A DNA stretch of 64,000 nt from Octopus vulgaris (GCA_951406725.2 OX597827.1:70184001-70248000), one strand, 5' to 3'; shown: positions 25,015-39,135, counted from the first letter of the stretch. Numbers and translations are program-made. The notes: generated from the sequence alone by a model not told the origin.

Positions 25015-25842
25015 TGTATGTGTATCTTTGTTGATTTACCAGCAGTGATAAACTGCAGTACTCAATACAAATGTAAAGTATTATTTAGTGCATTAAAACT
25101 GAAAGGCTCCAATTTCCGCTATACCTACCATGTCTGCCCATCTGATAAGGATGCACCAGGTGCATGCATCACAAGCATGTGTGCACAACATAGTGACCTT
25201 ATATCAAGATAAACAGCGCATGACCTTGCAAGTGGGGCCCAGTTAGAATTTTCTTCGGGTCGAGTAGCCCAGCCTTCTCAAAAGGTCATGTATGTATGAT
25301 TTTTCTTCAAGTTTTATTTAAGTTCTTCTTGAGAGAGTTCAAGCCAGTTCCTAAGCAAGTGATAAAACTCTTTTGAGTCGAGGGAGTTGCCAGTGTTTGT
25401 GAATATGTGGTTGATGTGTTGGTTGATCTGTTGCTGCATAGATCCAAGTGTGTGTGTGTGCATCTATTCACATAAGAATCTCATGTGGAGAATTTCTGGA
25501 ATGTCTTACATATCTTCATTGTGCTGCTGATTGATTGGATATGGAGAGGCTGCACCGGTTTCTTTTGCTCTTTTTCCATTGAGCCAAGTGTTTTTAGGTT
25601 TTTGTGTAAATTTGTTGGTACATATGTATGTATGTATGTATGTGCGTATGTATGTGTATGTATGTATGTATGTATGTATGTGCATATGTATGTGTATGTA
25701 TGCCTGCATGTGTATGTATATATATATATCTATGTATGTACACGGGTATGAAAGTATGTATGTATGTGTGTATGCATGTATGTATGTGTGTGTGTATATA
25801 TAAGTATGTATGTGTGTGTATGTATGTATGTATGCATGTATG

Positions 25843-25875
<33 letters not shown>

Positions 25876-27364
25876 ATGTACATATGTATGAAATGCATGT
25901 ATGTATGTGTGTGTGTATGTATGTATGTGTGTATGTACGTATGTATATATCAATGTATGTACATATGTATGTATGTATACGTGTGTGTATATGTGTGTAT
26001 TTGTGTAAGTGTGTGTGTGTGTGTTTGCATGTGTATTTGTGTTTGTTTACATCTGCAGTCTTTAACATGAAAGAGCGGTGAATGGTTTTGTCGGTTTCTC
26101 CTGTTAACAAACCATTTTGACTCTTCGTGCCGTCAAACCTGTGTGGAACAAGTGTTCTTTTACTTAAAAAACAGGTAAGAATCACACATCAGGAAGGACA
26201 TCCAGCTGTAAAACAATACCTCCAATAAACATATTCATCCAACCCATGCAAGCATAGGAAAATGGAAGTAAAACAAACGAGTGAAACAAACTCATGGTTA
26301 CACGTATTTATGGAATGGTATGGTGGATTAAACCAACCCTGGTTCTTATTTCATTGGCTTTTGAAAAGATGAAAGGCAATTTTCTCTCTGGTTTATTTGA
26401 ACTCAAATTGCAAAGAAACATAATTAAAAACTACAACACATTTTATCAACCATTGTTTACTGCCTCTACCCACCCATCCAACGTTTGTGGTAGGGTGGTG
26501 GGTCGCAGTCGGTAAAAGGAGAACCTATAATAGATTAATTCAGAGTTAATTCAACTGCTTATTCAAAAAAAGAATCGATATTTCTCAAAAGTTTGCCTCA
26601 GAAGTTATATAAAATGAAGCTTTTTAAAATAGTTTCCAATTCGGAATTCTAGATTCAATTTTAGAAAATGACTATAGATCTAACTGGGATTAAAAGAAAA
26701 AATTTCATCATCATCATCATTGCCATCACCATCATCATCATCATCATCATCATCTTCATCATCAGTAGCAGCATCACAGTATCACCACCAACACAACCAC
26801 CACCACCACTATCACCAACACCAACACCATCACCACTACCACCACTATCACCACCACCACAACCACCACAACCACCACCACCACCACTGCCGCCGCCACT
26901 GCTAACACTACCATCGTCATCATTATCATCATCATTGTCATCACTGTTGTCGTCATCATCATCGTCCTCCTCCTCCCCTTCCTCCTTCTAATTATTATTA
27001 TTATTATGATTGTAAAGACACTGTTTTCATTTTATTAGAATTTATCATCTTCAAAGACATGTTTCCATAGCTGCTTAGATTGGATTGTTGTTTAGAGTTA
27101 AAATATTTTGTGTGAATCGTTCAAAGAAATCTCTCTTTGTTTCTTTTTAACTTCTGCAAGAAGCACACTTTTATTGAGACTCCACTATGGCTGTGGGGTT
27201 AAGAAGCTCCATTAACAGCATCATGGTTTTTGGTTCAGTTCTACTGCATGGCACCTTGGGTAAGTAGTGTCTGCTACTATAGCACCAGGCCAACCAATGA
27301 TTTATGAGTGAATTTGGTATTTGAAAACTGTATGAGAGCCATATATATATATATATATATATAT

Positions 27365-28588
27365 TTTAATCCAAACGGGAAACAAAAAAACAACAACAAT
27401 GGAACAATTACAGTATTATTATTAATAGGCGCAGGAGTGGCTGTGTGGTAAGTAGCTTGCTAACCAACCACATGGTTCCGGGTTCAGTCCCACTGTGTGG
27501 CACCTTGGGCAAGTGTCTTCTGCTATAGCCCCGGGCCGACCAATGCCTTGTGAGCAGATTTGGTAGACGGAAACTGAAAGAAGCCTGTCGTATATATGTC
27601 TATATATATATATGTATGTGTGTGTGTGTGTGTTTGTGTGTCTGTGTTTGACAACCGATGCTGGTGTGTTTATGTCCCCGTCACTTAGCGGTTCGGCAAA
27701 AAGTGACCGATAGAATAAGTACTGGGCTTACAAAGAATAAGTGCCGGGGTCGATTTGCTCGACTAAAGGCGGTGCTCCAGCATGGCCGCAGTCAAATGAC
27801 TGAAACAAGTAAAAGAGTAAAAGAGTAATAGGCGCTCAGGAAATGGAAGCAGGGAGGTATGACGTTTCGAGCGGAGCTCTTCGTCGGAAACATAAAGAAG
27901 GAAGAGAGAGGAAAGAAAGATCCCGGAGCGGGCAACGGAGATAGAGAAAAAAACGGCTGGTGTTAGGAGTAGCACATGGTGAAAGGCGGATGTTTACGAT
28001 AACAAGAGCAAAGTGGGTTTTTAAAGGCAAAAGAGTGGAGACAAGGTTGGTAACGCAACAGATGTGTGTGTATGTGTGAGTGTGTGCGTGTGCGTGTGTG
28101 TATGTGTGTGTGTGAGGCGAGGTAAAAAAACAAAAAATATATGTATGTGTTAGTGTGTGCGTCTGTGTGTAGGCGTGTGAGGTAGGGCGAGACGGTGGTC
28201 AGCATAGCAGCAGCATAGCAGACAAAGGTCAGTAGTGAGAAAAGGGAGGAAGGCGGATGGGAGGGAGGGGAAGGGGTGGGAGCGTATGTAGCGTGCCAGC
28301 GTGTGTTGAGTAGTAGTGTGTGTGTGTGTCCAGTGTCGTGGTAGTATTAGTGATATCATCTTTCTTCACCCTTTTCCTTCTGGTCTTTCAAAATGTGACC
28401 TTGTGTGTACCGTTTGGGATTTTTTTTCCTCTGTCTTCCCTTCTCTGGATCTTTCCTTCTATGTTTCCGACGAAGAGCTCCGCTCGAAACGATAAACCCT
28501 CTTTCTTTCCTGAGCATCCAATAATACTATATTTGTTCCACGTCCTCGTGTTGTTGTGTTTTTTTGTGTTTTCTTGTTTGGTTTAACT

Positions 28589-28590
<2 letters not shown>
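27365..28590. mobile_element. Inverted pair of Penelope-like terminal repeats with HHR-like cores; left copy split by a family A SINE
   Basis: 27365-27420 plus 27826-27950 is the reverse complement of about 28420-28590; ccgacga-a-gagc(tcc)gctc-gaaa-cg at 27856-27893 (minus) and 28463-28497 (plus). Confidence 0.65.
27428..27826 (+). mobile_element. Full-length family A tRNA-derived SINE (CORE-like segment, central TA/TG microsatellite, (AAAAGAGT)n tail)
   Basis: A-box tggctgtgtggt, B-box ggttcagtcc, 'accttgggcaagtg' CORE-like motif; more than 15 copies in the window. Confidence 0.9.
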
Positions 28591-28617
<27 letters not shown>

Positions 28618-28623
<6 letters not shown>

Positions 28624-28922
28624 TAGGGGTGGGGGTAGGGTATCTTTTTTCTTCACAAATGTAAATAAACCCAATCTGTTTCTTAAAGGAGGGACATATT
28701 CATTATACACAGAATGTTGTTTACCTAAATGGACGTCAGCGATTGGTTAAAATTGCCGAAATGCAAGAAATTTTAGACGAAATATCTTACAACCTATAGA
28801 ATTTTCTCAATAAAGCCAAGAGAAAAAGATGTTTTATAAACACATTCTACCAGTATACGAAGTTTAAAACTTTTTAGTTACCGAGAAATTGTTACAAAGT
28901 GCCGTTCAAAAGGAAAAGATCC
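28618..28922 (+). mobile_element. Partial GGATC-TIR MITE (right arm)
   Basis: Nearly identical to 19225-19522; another right-end piece at about 4620-4749. Confidence 0.85.
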
Positions 28923-29772
28923 CAAAAATGTAGGGGTTTTTTTATATATGGGGGGTTAAGGTTTGTGTTAGGGTACTTCTGGAAGTACACCGGTACTTAT
29001 ACCGTAAGATCGCCTTTTTCGGCCTCATGATTACTGAACTTAATCCACCATATTGTGACCGTGCAGCTAAGATGTAAACAAAGTATCATTTGTCGAGCAG
29101 CCATCTCTTTCAATAAGTTTGTACGCGAACAATGTCACCATTTGAGTCTACCAAACGCAGAGAGAGATTAACAGCTGTATAAGTCTAACCCCCATCACCA
29201 AATCTGATTTATGTGGCCTAACTAACAAAGATCAACCGCTTATCTGGTAGAATGCATGGTAGACTGCAATGCGTTAATGAAATATATTATTTATTTTCTT
29301 AAACTGTTTCTGTCGTCACTTTTATTTTTTATTTTTCCGTTTTTTTTTTTTTTTTATTTTCATTTTTTTTTTGCATCCTAAAATAAGACTTAACAACACA
29401 GTAGACAATGCAATCTGCTATATATATATTACACAAATCGGGAAAACCGTCTAGTGGGCGGTGTTTCTCCTTGTATATGGTAGGAAATAAGAAAATTTAG
29501 TTTCCCGGGAAACTAAATTTTGTAAAGAAAGAAATTAAGTGTGAACCAGTTGGTGCTTTTCAAGTTTACTTCAAGTATAAGCACTGGGTGTGTTTTTAAG
29601 GTAAAACTAATTTCAAAACATGATTCATCTCTACAAAATAATAAATTTAATCCTGCTTTCAAATCACACTTCCTACAGTTGGGGGGGACATCCGTGATGG
29701 TATTATATAACAGAATTCCAAGCAAGCATAGTAAATTTTCCGCGAACGTAACCAAAATGTAACGTTTTAGTG

Positions 29773-30184
29773 GGATCTTTTCGGTTTGAACAGCAGTTTT
29801 TTCTAGCGGTGTCATATGAAATTGTCACCCATAATTTTGACCCTAATATCGATCTATTGCATTTCAATCTGTTTTAGGGTTAGGGGTGGAAGGAAGGGTA
29901 TCTTTTTTCTTCAGAAATGTAAATAAACCCAATCTGTTTCTTAAACGAGGGACATATTCATACGGCACAGAATGTTTTCATCTCAATAGACATCATTGAT
30001 TGGTTGAAATTGCAGAAATTGAAGGAAAAAACAACAACAAATATCTTACAACCTATAGAATTTTCTCAATAAAGGCAAGAGAAAAAGATGTTTTATAAAC
30101 ACATTCTACCAGTATACGAAGTTTTAAAGTGTTTAGTTACGTGGAAATTATTTTTAAAAACTGCCGTTCAAACCGAAAAGATCC
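29773..30184 (+). mobile_element. 412-bp MITE with about 30-bp TIRs, GG termini and an 8-bp TSD (Merlin-like)
   Basis: ggatcttttcggtttgaacagcagtttt...aaaactgccgttcaaaccgaaaagatcc; flanks ttttagtg/ttttaatg; internal ttaggg. Confidence 0.85.
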
Positions 30185-32042
30185 TTTTAATGTCTATAAG
30201 GATGACAAACATTAATTGCGGTGTCCCAGCATGGCCACTGCCTCTTGGTGTAACTAATAATAGAACAATAGAAAAACGTTCCCAACCAACCAAAGAAACC
30301 CTATTTGGTTGGGTGGGAATGTTTGTCTATCGTCCTTTTTATAAATATTAGAACATTATATATATAACACACCTATAATTAACCGCTCGTTTCCACAAAA
30401 AGTCGGTCGTTCTAATTTCGGACGAATGTATTCATTTCAAGTCACCATTTATCAAAGTATTTTATGGATGAAATAACGCACTAAAAGACGTCTAGCAATT
30501 AAACAACTAAATAAATGAGACCATAATTTGAAACTATTAAGTTATAGAGTATAACAGTGGTTTTCGTTATGAAATATACCGTTTATTTCCACCAAGTTAC
30601 GAGTTTAAATCTGGTTAGAGGTAGAGATAGATTATGGTGGTGGACGAGCATGAGGTGAAACAGTTATGACCGCAATAATTTTTAAGAATTTCTGAGAATT
30701 TTTTATAGGGAAAATACAATTTTGAAATCTTAAGCGATCGACTTCAGACATTCAATCTCGACGCCAAGTATCCTACATTATTTGCAAGGTCGTTCTAATC
30801 CTAAATAACAAAGCAAATATGACTGCTAAAAATCGATAAGAAAGTGAACAGCAAGTCGTTTTGTGGCAGTATATTTCACTTGGAAAACACTTAAGCTAAA
30901 TCTAGACCTTGCTCTATACAGTATGAAAATGCAGGATAAGTCCGGCTCTTATACTGTTGTTTCTATATTTGGAAATTCCAGCAATCCAAAATCCAAATGT
31001 CGGCCATTCGAAATCTGAAAGAGAGAGCGAGAGAGAAAAAAAAAACGTTAAATAATTTAGTTGGTAAAAATGGCATCTCAGAAAAGATCGGTAACCACAT
31101 AACATAGAAAGAATAATAAATCAAGTTAATGCATAAAATATCATAAGAAATGAAACTAGTATGAGGCCTAACTAGTATTCAAAATGCTAATTTCACATCG
31201 ACATATTATCCTGCTGACATTGGATATTTCGCATAGCGATCAAGGACGAACACTGCGAATGTAAGAGCTTTTCTCACGAAGGATCGAACAAAAACCTAAC
31301 ATCTAAAAATATTATCAAAATCCAAATGGATCGAATTCTGAAGACATGGATTTTCTTTCTTTCTTTCTTTCATTTATTTATTATTATTTTTTTTTAAAGT
31401 TTGTTTATCATAAAAATAAAACTAACCTAAATAATGTAGTTTACCGCCTGAATGATCGGAAAATTCCGACAAGCCATTTGCAATGAAAATAGCTATTTAT
31501 ATATGGATGGAAAATTTTTTTTTTCTACTTCTACTTCATTTCTACTTCTTTTACAATAGAAGAAATGAATACGATACGTGATAGTCTTATGAATACAGAA
31601 TGTTAAAATAACTAAATGCAAAATTTCCCGGCATTGATCTGACACTCAAGCTAGCAGACGACATTGCAGCTGAAGCGATCAAAAGCAAAACAAGACATCT
31701 TTTTTTCTCTGGTGAAGACAGGTAATTCAAACATTCACAAACATAGACAAACACTGTATTTTTTCTATAACATGTAGATAAGCTGTAACTAAAAACTGTT
31801 GCTACGCTTTGCTTTGAATCTAAAGATAACGTGGCTTTAAAAAGCTGTAATGTAACTAAATAAACCCTGGATCATGCGCCATATGTTTACACGGGTATTT
31901 TATTTTCATATAGGTGCAGGCGAAGCTGTGTGGTAATAAGGTCACTTTCCAACCACATACTTGTGGGTTCAGTCCCACTGCTTGGCACCATGGGCAAGTA
32001 TCTTCTACTATAGCCCCTGGACGACCAAAGCTTTGCGAATGG

Positions 32043-32094
<52 letters not shown>

Positions 32095-32098
<4 letters not shown>

Positions 32099-32325
32099 CA
32101 TCATCATCATCGTTTAACGTCCGCTTTCCATGCTAGCATGGGTTGGACGGTTCAACTGGGGTCTGGGGAGCCCGAAGGCTGCACCAGGCCAGTCAGATCT
32201 GGCAGTGTTTCTACAGCTGGATGCCCTTCCTAACGCCAACCACTCCGAGAGTGTAGTGGGTGATTTTATGTGCCACCGACACAGGTGCCAGACGAGGCTG
32301 GCGAACGGCCACGCTCGGATGGTGT
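32095..32325 (-). mobile_element. RTE-associated short retroelement with (GAT)n tail; copies at 44397-44618(-), 48240-48480(+), 53615-53850(-), relics near 26190, 59120, 63470
   Basis: Shared 'ggttggcgttaggaagggcatccagctgtagaaac...gcatggaaagcggacgttaaacgatgatgat'. Confidence 0.85.
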
Positions 32326-32739
32326 TTTATATATATATTCTGTTGTGTCTGGGGAGAGTTATTCTCTTTTAGTACCTTATTATTTAACACACTCACCGGT
32401 AAAATTTCCACTTATTTCGTCTTTTTATTTTCCTAAAATTTTCGTTGGTACTAAAAGGCACTAAAAGAGAATGACTCTCCCCAGGCACAACAGAATATGC
32501 TTCAACACACGAACTCACATAAAGAATCTTGTAAACCAAATCCAAAAACGAAATATATATATATAGTTATGGCGATACAAATAGGAAAAATTGAACTCAA
32601 AATATGAGTATATGTGTATTTTTTATTAATATTTAGAAGACACAAAAGAGTGGTTCAAGGTCTGAGAGTTATGTGAGTTTGCACTTACCAATGCACGAAT
32701 CTCTCTGCCCTGGAATCACTTTGTTGCTTCTACTAAATA

Positions 32740-34510
32740 CACTGTATAACAATGAAAATGAAAACGGAAATGGGAATAACCTTTTTTAGAGGTATTTTCT
32801 GTGTAGATCACGAATATAACATCCTTTTCTTTCTGTGACCCTCTAGTTTCTCGTAAATTACCATCTTACTTACGTTAAATACATTGATGGTTCCGTAGGA
32901 ATTGAGTGCAAATGGGATTGGGCCGAAACTGACAACTTTAAAAGTTATGAACAGATTTTGGTAAAGTTTTAATGGGGTGTTCCTAAAGTATTTGTCAACT
33001 TACCCTATGAAAATTATATAAGTGCATTCAATATTTTTATAGTTATATGGGTACAAATTTGTGGATATCTGACAAGAAACCACACCTCATCACCCAACCT
33101 GAACTCAATGATCTGGTTCATGATCTAACACTTACTAAGCAACAGAGTGAAGTTCTGGCCTCATGTCTGCAATAATGGAACCTGTTGGATAAAGATGATC
33201 GAATTACAGTATTTCTACAGATCTGTAGCAATTCTTCACTTTGGAAAACAACTTGACTTATTGTAATGATATCAGAGACCTATTTAAAGCCCTTAAGCTG
33301 ACCTATGAACCAAATGAGTGGAGGTTATTCATAGATGCATCCCTTTACAGCATAAAAGCGGTTCTGTTGCACATTGGGAACACCATACCTTCAGTTCCTA
33401 TTACTCATTCAGTCATTTTAAGTGAGACTTATAAGAGCCTCGCTTTTATTCTAGACTGCATAAGTTACAAGGAGGATGAGTAGCTAATTTGTGTGGACTT
33501 GAAAGTAATAACCCAACTTAATGGGCTACAAACTGGATACACCAAGTTTATGTGCTTCTTTTGCAAGTGGGACAGTAGGGCCATATCAGAATGTTATTTA
33601 TGCTCAGAATGGCCACCTCAGGAAACTATGATGCTCAAATAGCATAATGTAAATCATGAGCCACTAGTTAAGAAGGGGAAAATCATTTTGCCACCACTGC
33701 ATATAAAACTAGGCCTAATGAAGCAATTTACCAAAGCTCTGCAACATAACAAGCCATGGTTCCAGCACCTCAAGGTGATCTTCCCTAAAATAAGTGATGC
33801 CAAGATTAAATCGGGCAGATTCATAGGCCCTCAGATTTGTCAACTTATAGCTGATGAGGACTTTGAGGTAACAGTGGATGAAACTGAGCTAGTGGCCTGG
33901 CATGCATTCAAAGGTGTATGCAAAAGGACTTCTGGGAAAGCACCAAGTGGCTCAGTGAGAGAGTATAGTGGAGAGCCTAATCAAGTGCTACCAAGATCTC
34001 AGGTACAATATGTCATTGAAGATACACTTTCTTCATTCTCATCTGTCCTTCTTCCCAGAGAATGTAGATGTGAGTGATGAACATGGAGAGAGGTTCCATC
34101 AAGATATAGCGCCAACGGAAAACAGGTATAAGGGAAAATGGAGCCCAGCTATGCTGGCTGGCTTCTGCTGGAACCTGAAGCATGACACACCTGAGATGTC
34201 TTATAAACAAAGAAGTAAATACTAAAATGTAGGTTAATACATTATATAATGCTAACAAATATGCCAATTTGTTATATATTTGTGAATTAATTACAATGGA
34301 CATATTTAATCTAACTTTGGGAACAAAATAAATTTATGGTATCGTGGAAATTGGTATAAAATGCATAGTTATTAGGTCAATAACTTACAAGAAAATATAA
34401 TGTGATGGGAAATTTTTGCTATAAAATTCGAATTTAGCACAAACAACTTCATAATAAAATGTATATGAGAACTATGTTTTTTTCTTGACCCTGAAATTTG
34501 TTGTACAGTG
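32740..34510 (+). mobile_element. Chapaev3-like (CMC superfamily) DNA transposon, internally deleted pseudogene
   Basis: TIRs cactgta(t/c)aacaa; 3-bp TSD ata/ata; motifs QPELNDLV.DL.L.K..SE.LAS.L, EWRLFID.S..S.KAVLLHIGN, DLKV...GLQ.GYTKF.CF.C.WDSR, LPPLHIKLGLMKQF.KAL, MSLKIHFLHSH, SDEHGERFHQDI; stops and frameshifts. Confidence 0.85.
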
Positions 34511-34848
34511 ATATTAATAAAAATATGGATATATTCATATTTTTATATCTTGAGTTCTTTTCCTGTTTGCATCACCAAATCTCTGTGTGTGTGTGTGTGT
34601 GTGTGTTACCACTACTTGACAACTGGCGCTGGTTTGTTTACATCCCTGTGACTTACCAATTGGGCAAAAGTGATCGATAAAATCATTACTGAGCTTAAAA
34701 GAAAAATGATAAGTATTAAGGTTGATTTGTTCGACCTTTCAAGGCTGTGCTCCAGTGTGGCCATACTCCATTGACTGGCACAAGTAAAAGAGAAAAGATT
34801 AAGATAAACGGTGTTTGTGTGTGTATAGATTGGATATATATTTATATT

Positions 34849-34900
<52 letters not shown>

Positions 34901-35518
34901 CAATAAGAAAATGGAGGAGAACAATAGGTGGTTCATCAACTTTTAGACATTATATTATGTTAACTTATTTATTTATTAAACTGATAATTACAATAACATA
35001 CATACATATAGCATATTATTCTTTACATATACGATATAAAATATAGTAATATATAAGGATACCAGTAATTATTATATAAAACATGTATATATACATATGT
35101 ATGTAATGTAGTTGTCTACACCTTATGCAAAGTTTGACCACCTCCTGCACCTACAGCTTAGCATCATCATGGCATCTGATGTTGCTTTTTAAACCAGACA
35201 ATGTTTTGAAAAGACACCCACATAGACTGCATATCTGATTTGAACCACCAAGAGCTGTAATTAAGTTCTGATATATTGGATATATATATATATATATATA
35301 TATATACTTGATTTCGAAACGTACGTCCGTAGATAACTTAAAATTGTATGATAGATTGCCGTCAATTCATTCTCTCTTACCTGTTTGTGTCTGCCTTCCA
35401 ATTGCTGTTTTTACTGAGATCTCCCTTTTTAGTAGAAGAAATAGCTATAACTCTTTGACTGCTATTTCTAAATTCGGTATGTGGTAAGGCAATTCGTTGC
35501 TAAACCCTTTATTGCTTA

Positions 35519-35570
<52 letters not shown>

Positions 35571-35579
35571 ATTATCCTC

Positions 35580-35612
<33 letters not shown>

Positions 35613-35706
35613 AACACACACACACACACACACACACACATATTGAATTTGTTGACTATATAAACTTATTGGCTGCTTATTTTTCTGGGATTGGTCGAAT
35701 TGATGT

Positions 35707-35758
35707 GAACATCTCTGATGGGAACCTAATAAGGTTTGAAAATCGATTAAGGCAGTTC
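35707..35758 (+). ncRNA. Degenerate minimal hammerhead-like motif
   Basis: gaacatct-CTGATGG-gaacct(aata)aggttt-GAAA-atcgat-TA-aggcagttc; A9 appears mutated to G. Confidence 0.4.
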
Positions 35759-36362
35759 ATTGTATTTTCAGTCTACAGAGAAATGGCTAAATTTGCCCTG
35801 TTTATACATGTACTATCGAGGATACATTATATATATATATATATATTGCTTCTTGGTTCAGGTAAGAATGAGTTAATTCTGGTATTGGTATAAGTTTGCC
35901 AACCATTTATACATTATTAAATAAGACTAGGGACAAAATCTAATCTAATCTAAGGGGATTTCTTTTTGCAGAGAGTGTGATACAAAATCAATATATTATA
36001 TCTGTGAAAAGCAGATGTATTACAGCATTGATCAAATCTTATGAACATGGAAACACTCAAAAACCAATAATGATGATTCAAGATTGTGGAAAATGAAAGA
36101 GTGGTAGGAGAGTGGGTTGAGGAAGGGAAGGGGTTAGAATTATGATTAATTATCTGGTGAAGTTCTAATGTTTATGTTAAGGGGAATGAAGTATCTTAAA
36201 ATATGGGAAAATTTTGTGTTTTTTAAAAATTTATATGCAAAGAATTTGAAATCTTTTAAACTCTTATATAATTCCTCCAGCTGCTTTTTGCAAGGCTTGT
36301 AGGGCCCCATAAAACATTGATCAATCTGCTATTCTTCATTTCTCCTTTCCCTTACTCTAATG

Positions 36363-36563
36363 CAGTGGTTTTCAACCAGGGTTCTGCCAGTACAGTGCAG
36401 GGGTTCCGCAAGAAGTTACAAAACTGCTAAAATTGGCAGAAATTTTAAAGTCTCCTGTGCAGATATGTGTACATAAGACTATTAAATTATTGCACAGGGG
36501 TTCCTCGAGCCAGTGGAATGTTTCCTTGGGGTTCCACTCCAGCAAAAAGTTTGAAAAGCACTG
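36363..36563. mobile_element. hAT (Charlie/MER5-like) MITE
   Basis: TIRs cagtggttttcaa...ttgaaaagcactg; perfect 8-bp TSD ctctaatg. Confidence 0.9.
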
Positions 36564-37049
36564 CTCTAATGTGCATGTGTGCATATATTGTTGTATGCAT
36601 CATGATATAACCGTGAATATTTTAGTGGAGTAAGCACTAACTCATTTTGATGTGGAGGAACGTGGTAACTTTAGTTATCAAAAGTATACTCATTTCAAGT
36701 TGAGGTAAACATAGTTCAACAATGCTTGACTCAACCAAACAAATGGAAGGGAGATAAATCAAGATATTTTTTTTCTTTTATGTAAAGGTGTGACACATTA
36801 GATTCCGATGAATTAAAATTTGAAATTGGCATTGATGGCAGGAGGAAAATAAGTTGGTCTTTTACAGACACAAGAACAACCACCAGTATGTTTCTAAGGA
36901 AGTTTTAGACCTTCTTAACAAAGTATAGTCACTCTCATGTCTACCAGATCAATACCAAATATATATATATATATAATCACTAAGGCACATGCTGTTGTAT
37001 GTAGGCTGCAGCTTTGCCAATTCCATAGTTGATGGGAGTCTCAATATTA

Positions 37050-37530
37050 CCATTTTCACTAATGATACTACCTTGATAGGTGAATGTGTCTACTGTAAGA
37101 CATGAAGGAGCACCATGAAAATATCAATGGGAAGCTTGGTGTGTTCCACCAACGATGCTTGAAAGGGGTTCTGAGAATGTATCAGCAAGACCACACAACC
37201 AATGAAAACATTCTAAAGTGAGCCAACACAAGACCACTTTGCAAAATCATCAGAGAACAAAGATTAAAACTAGCAAGTCACATACTCCAGCTACCAGAGC
37301 AATACCATTCTAAAAGGAAAAATGCTTTTAAATGGACACCACTAGTGGGGAAAAAAGGAGAAAAGATGACTAAAAACTACATGGTGCAGAACATTTGTAA
37401 TTGATATGAGAAAAGGCCAAAAATGCATGGGTGGATTTAGAGAAAACTGTGGCCAGTCGAAACCAGTGGCAACAACTTGCTGCCCAATGTGCTTGAGAGC
37501 ACAACGGGAACTGCATTGAGTTGAAATAGA
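37050..37530 (+). pseudogene. Decayed RTE/RTEX-like LINE 3' end
   Basis: IIREQRLKLASHILQLP...FKWTP..GK....KTTW.RT pattern across frames. Confidence 0.55.
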
Positions 37531-38613
37531 GAGTATGTCATCATCATCATTGTTCGACCGTGGTCGAGACTTTCATAGTCTTTTCAAATGGCTAATAATG
37601 TGTGCACACACCACTACTACACACATTGGAAAGCATTGTTCAACCAAGTACTAAAGAAGATCTTTCCTCCTCCATGAAACAAAGCTGTTCCCGCTGGACG
37701 TCAACCCAGTATTTCTAAGCTACGGACCCAGTGATTTATTGTAAGGTTATCTCCCTAGATAGATTGCCTTCACTACGGCTAAGGAGCCCTTTCTACCCCA
37801 TGTACCTTATGCTTGGGAGTAAAAACAACATAACTAACCCAGGGATATTAACCGTATTAATATTTTAATGAAGTTTGTGGTTTGTGGCTAGAGTAGAAGT
37901 AAGCTCCTGGCAAACAAGGTTAACTGTCTCTGTTTCTATTCATGTATGATACAAAATGCCTTTCAGAAAAGCATGATTGTTGCACAACATCGTTTACTCT
38001 TCTTACTTAACAGCTTAGATTTTTGTCTGTAAAAGAAAACGGTTTAAATGCTTATCTCCAATCTGTAGTCAGCCAATACACCTACACACCATTTGTCAGA
38101 TTTGTAAATAATAAATAATACACTAAGCTGCCTAAGGAAATGTTTAACCTCAAATTACATTTCTTTAGTTGGGAAGGAAGGGCCAGAGATCAGATGGTGT
38201 CTTGTGTGTAGGTGTATACTTTAAGTAAATCTCAAGTTTTGTTATCTCGGCTGCAATATTATAGTCAGTATCAGCATGTGTGGGATGTTTCTGCATAACT
38301 GACCTAATGGTTGGACAGACATGATAGCAAGAAGAAAAATCCATTTAATAACAAATTAAGACAGGAGATGATTTCTGTAAAAATATATAAGAGCTGTTGT
38401 GTTTGCTCACTGAGAGGACTCTTCGCTACTCTTGTTTCCTCTCTAGTTCTTTTAGACACACTCAGAGAGAGAGAGAGAGAGAGATAGGAGGGAGAGAAAG
38501 AGAGAAGCGTGTCCACAAAGAAAAGGTCACACATGCACTCGCACACAAGCTCTCTCACACACACATGTGCACACACATGCATTTACATAAGCACATACAC
38601 CCACGCACCAATG

Positions 38614-38678
<65 letters not shown>

Positions 38679-38970
38679 AAGGAAGCATGCCTTCACTGTT
38701 TAGCTCTACTTCCAACCTTCGTCTCCTGTATGTTGGCAGAACTCTTTCAGATGGAACAATTTTAATAGTTCGTCTATTTATTTCATTTATTGATTTCTCA
38801 CATTGGGCACAAGACCATAAGTCTATAGTGCAGTGAGTGGGGTGCGGTTGAAGTACAATCAATTAAACTAGCACAAATATATGGGTGGTATTTTATCAAC
38901 CTTGTTGGGATAAAAGGTAATATCTACTTCACTGGTATTTAAGCCCACAACATTATATCTATCTCTCTAC

Positions 38971-39040
<70 letters not shown>

Positions 39041-39073
39041 GTCTATCTGTCTGTCTGTCTATCTGTCTGTCTA

Positions 39074-39135
<62 letters not shown>

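Noticed and set aside
27428-27500. tRNA genes at SINE heads
   Set aside because: A/B boxes present but no complete cloverleaf; each continues into SINE body sequence
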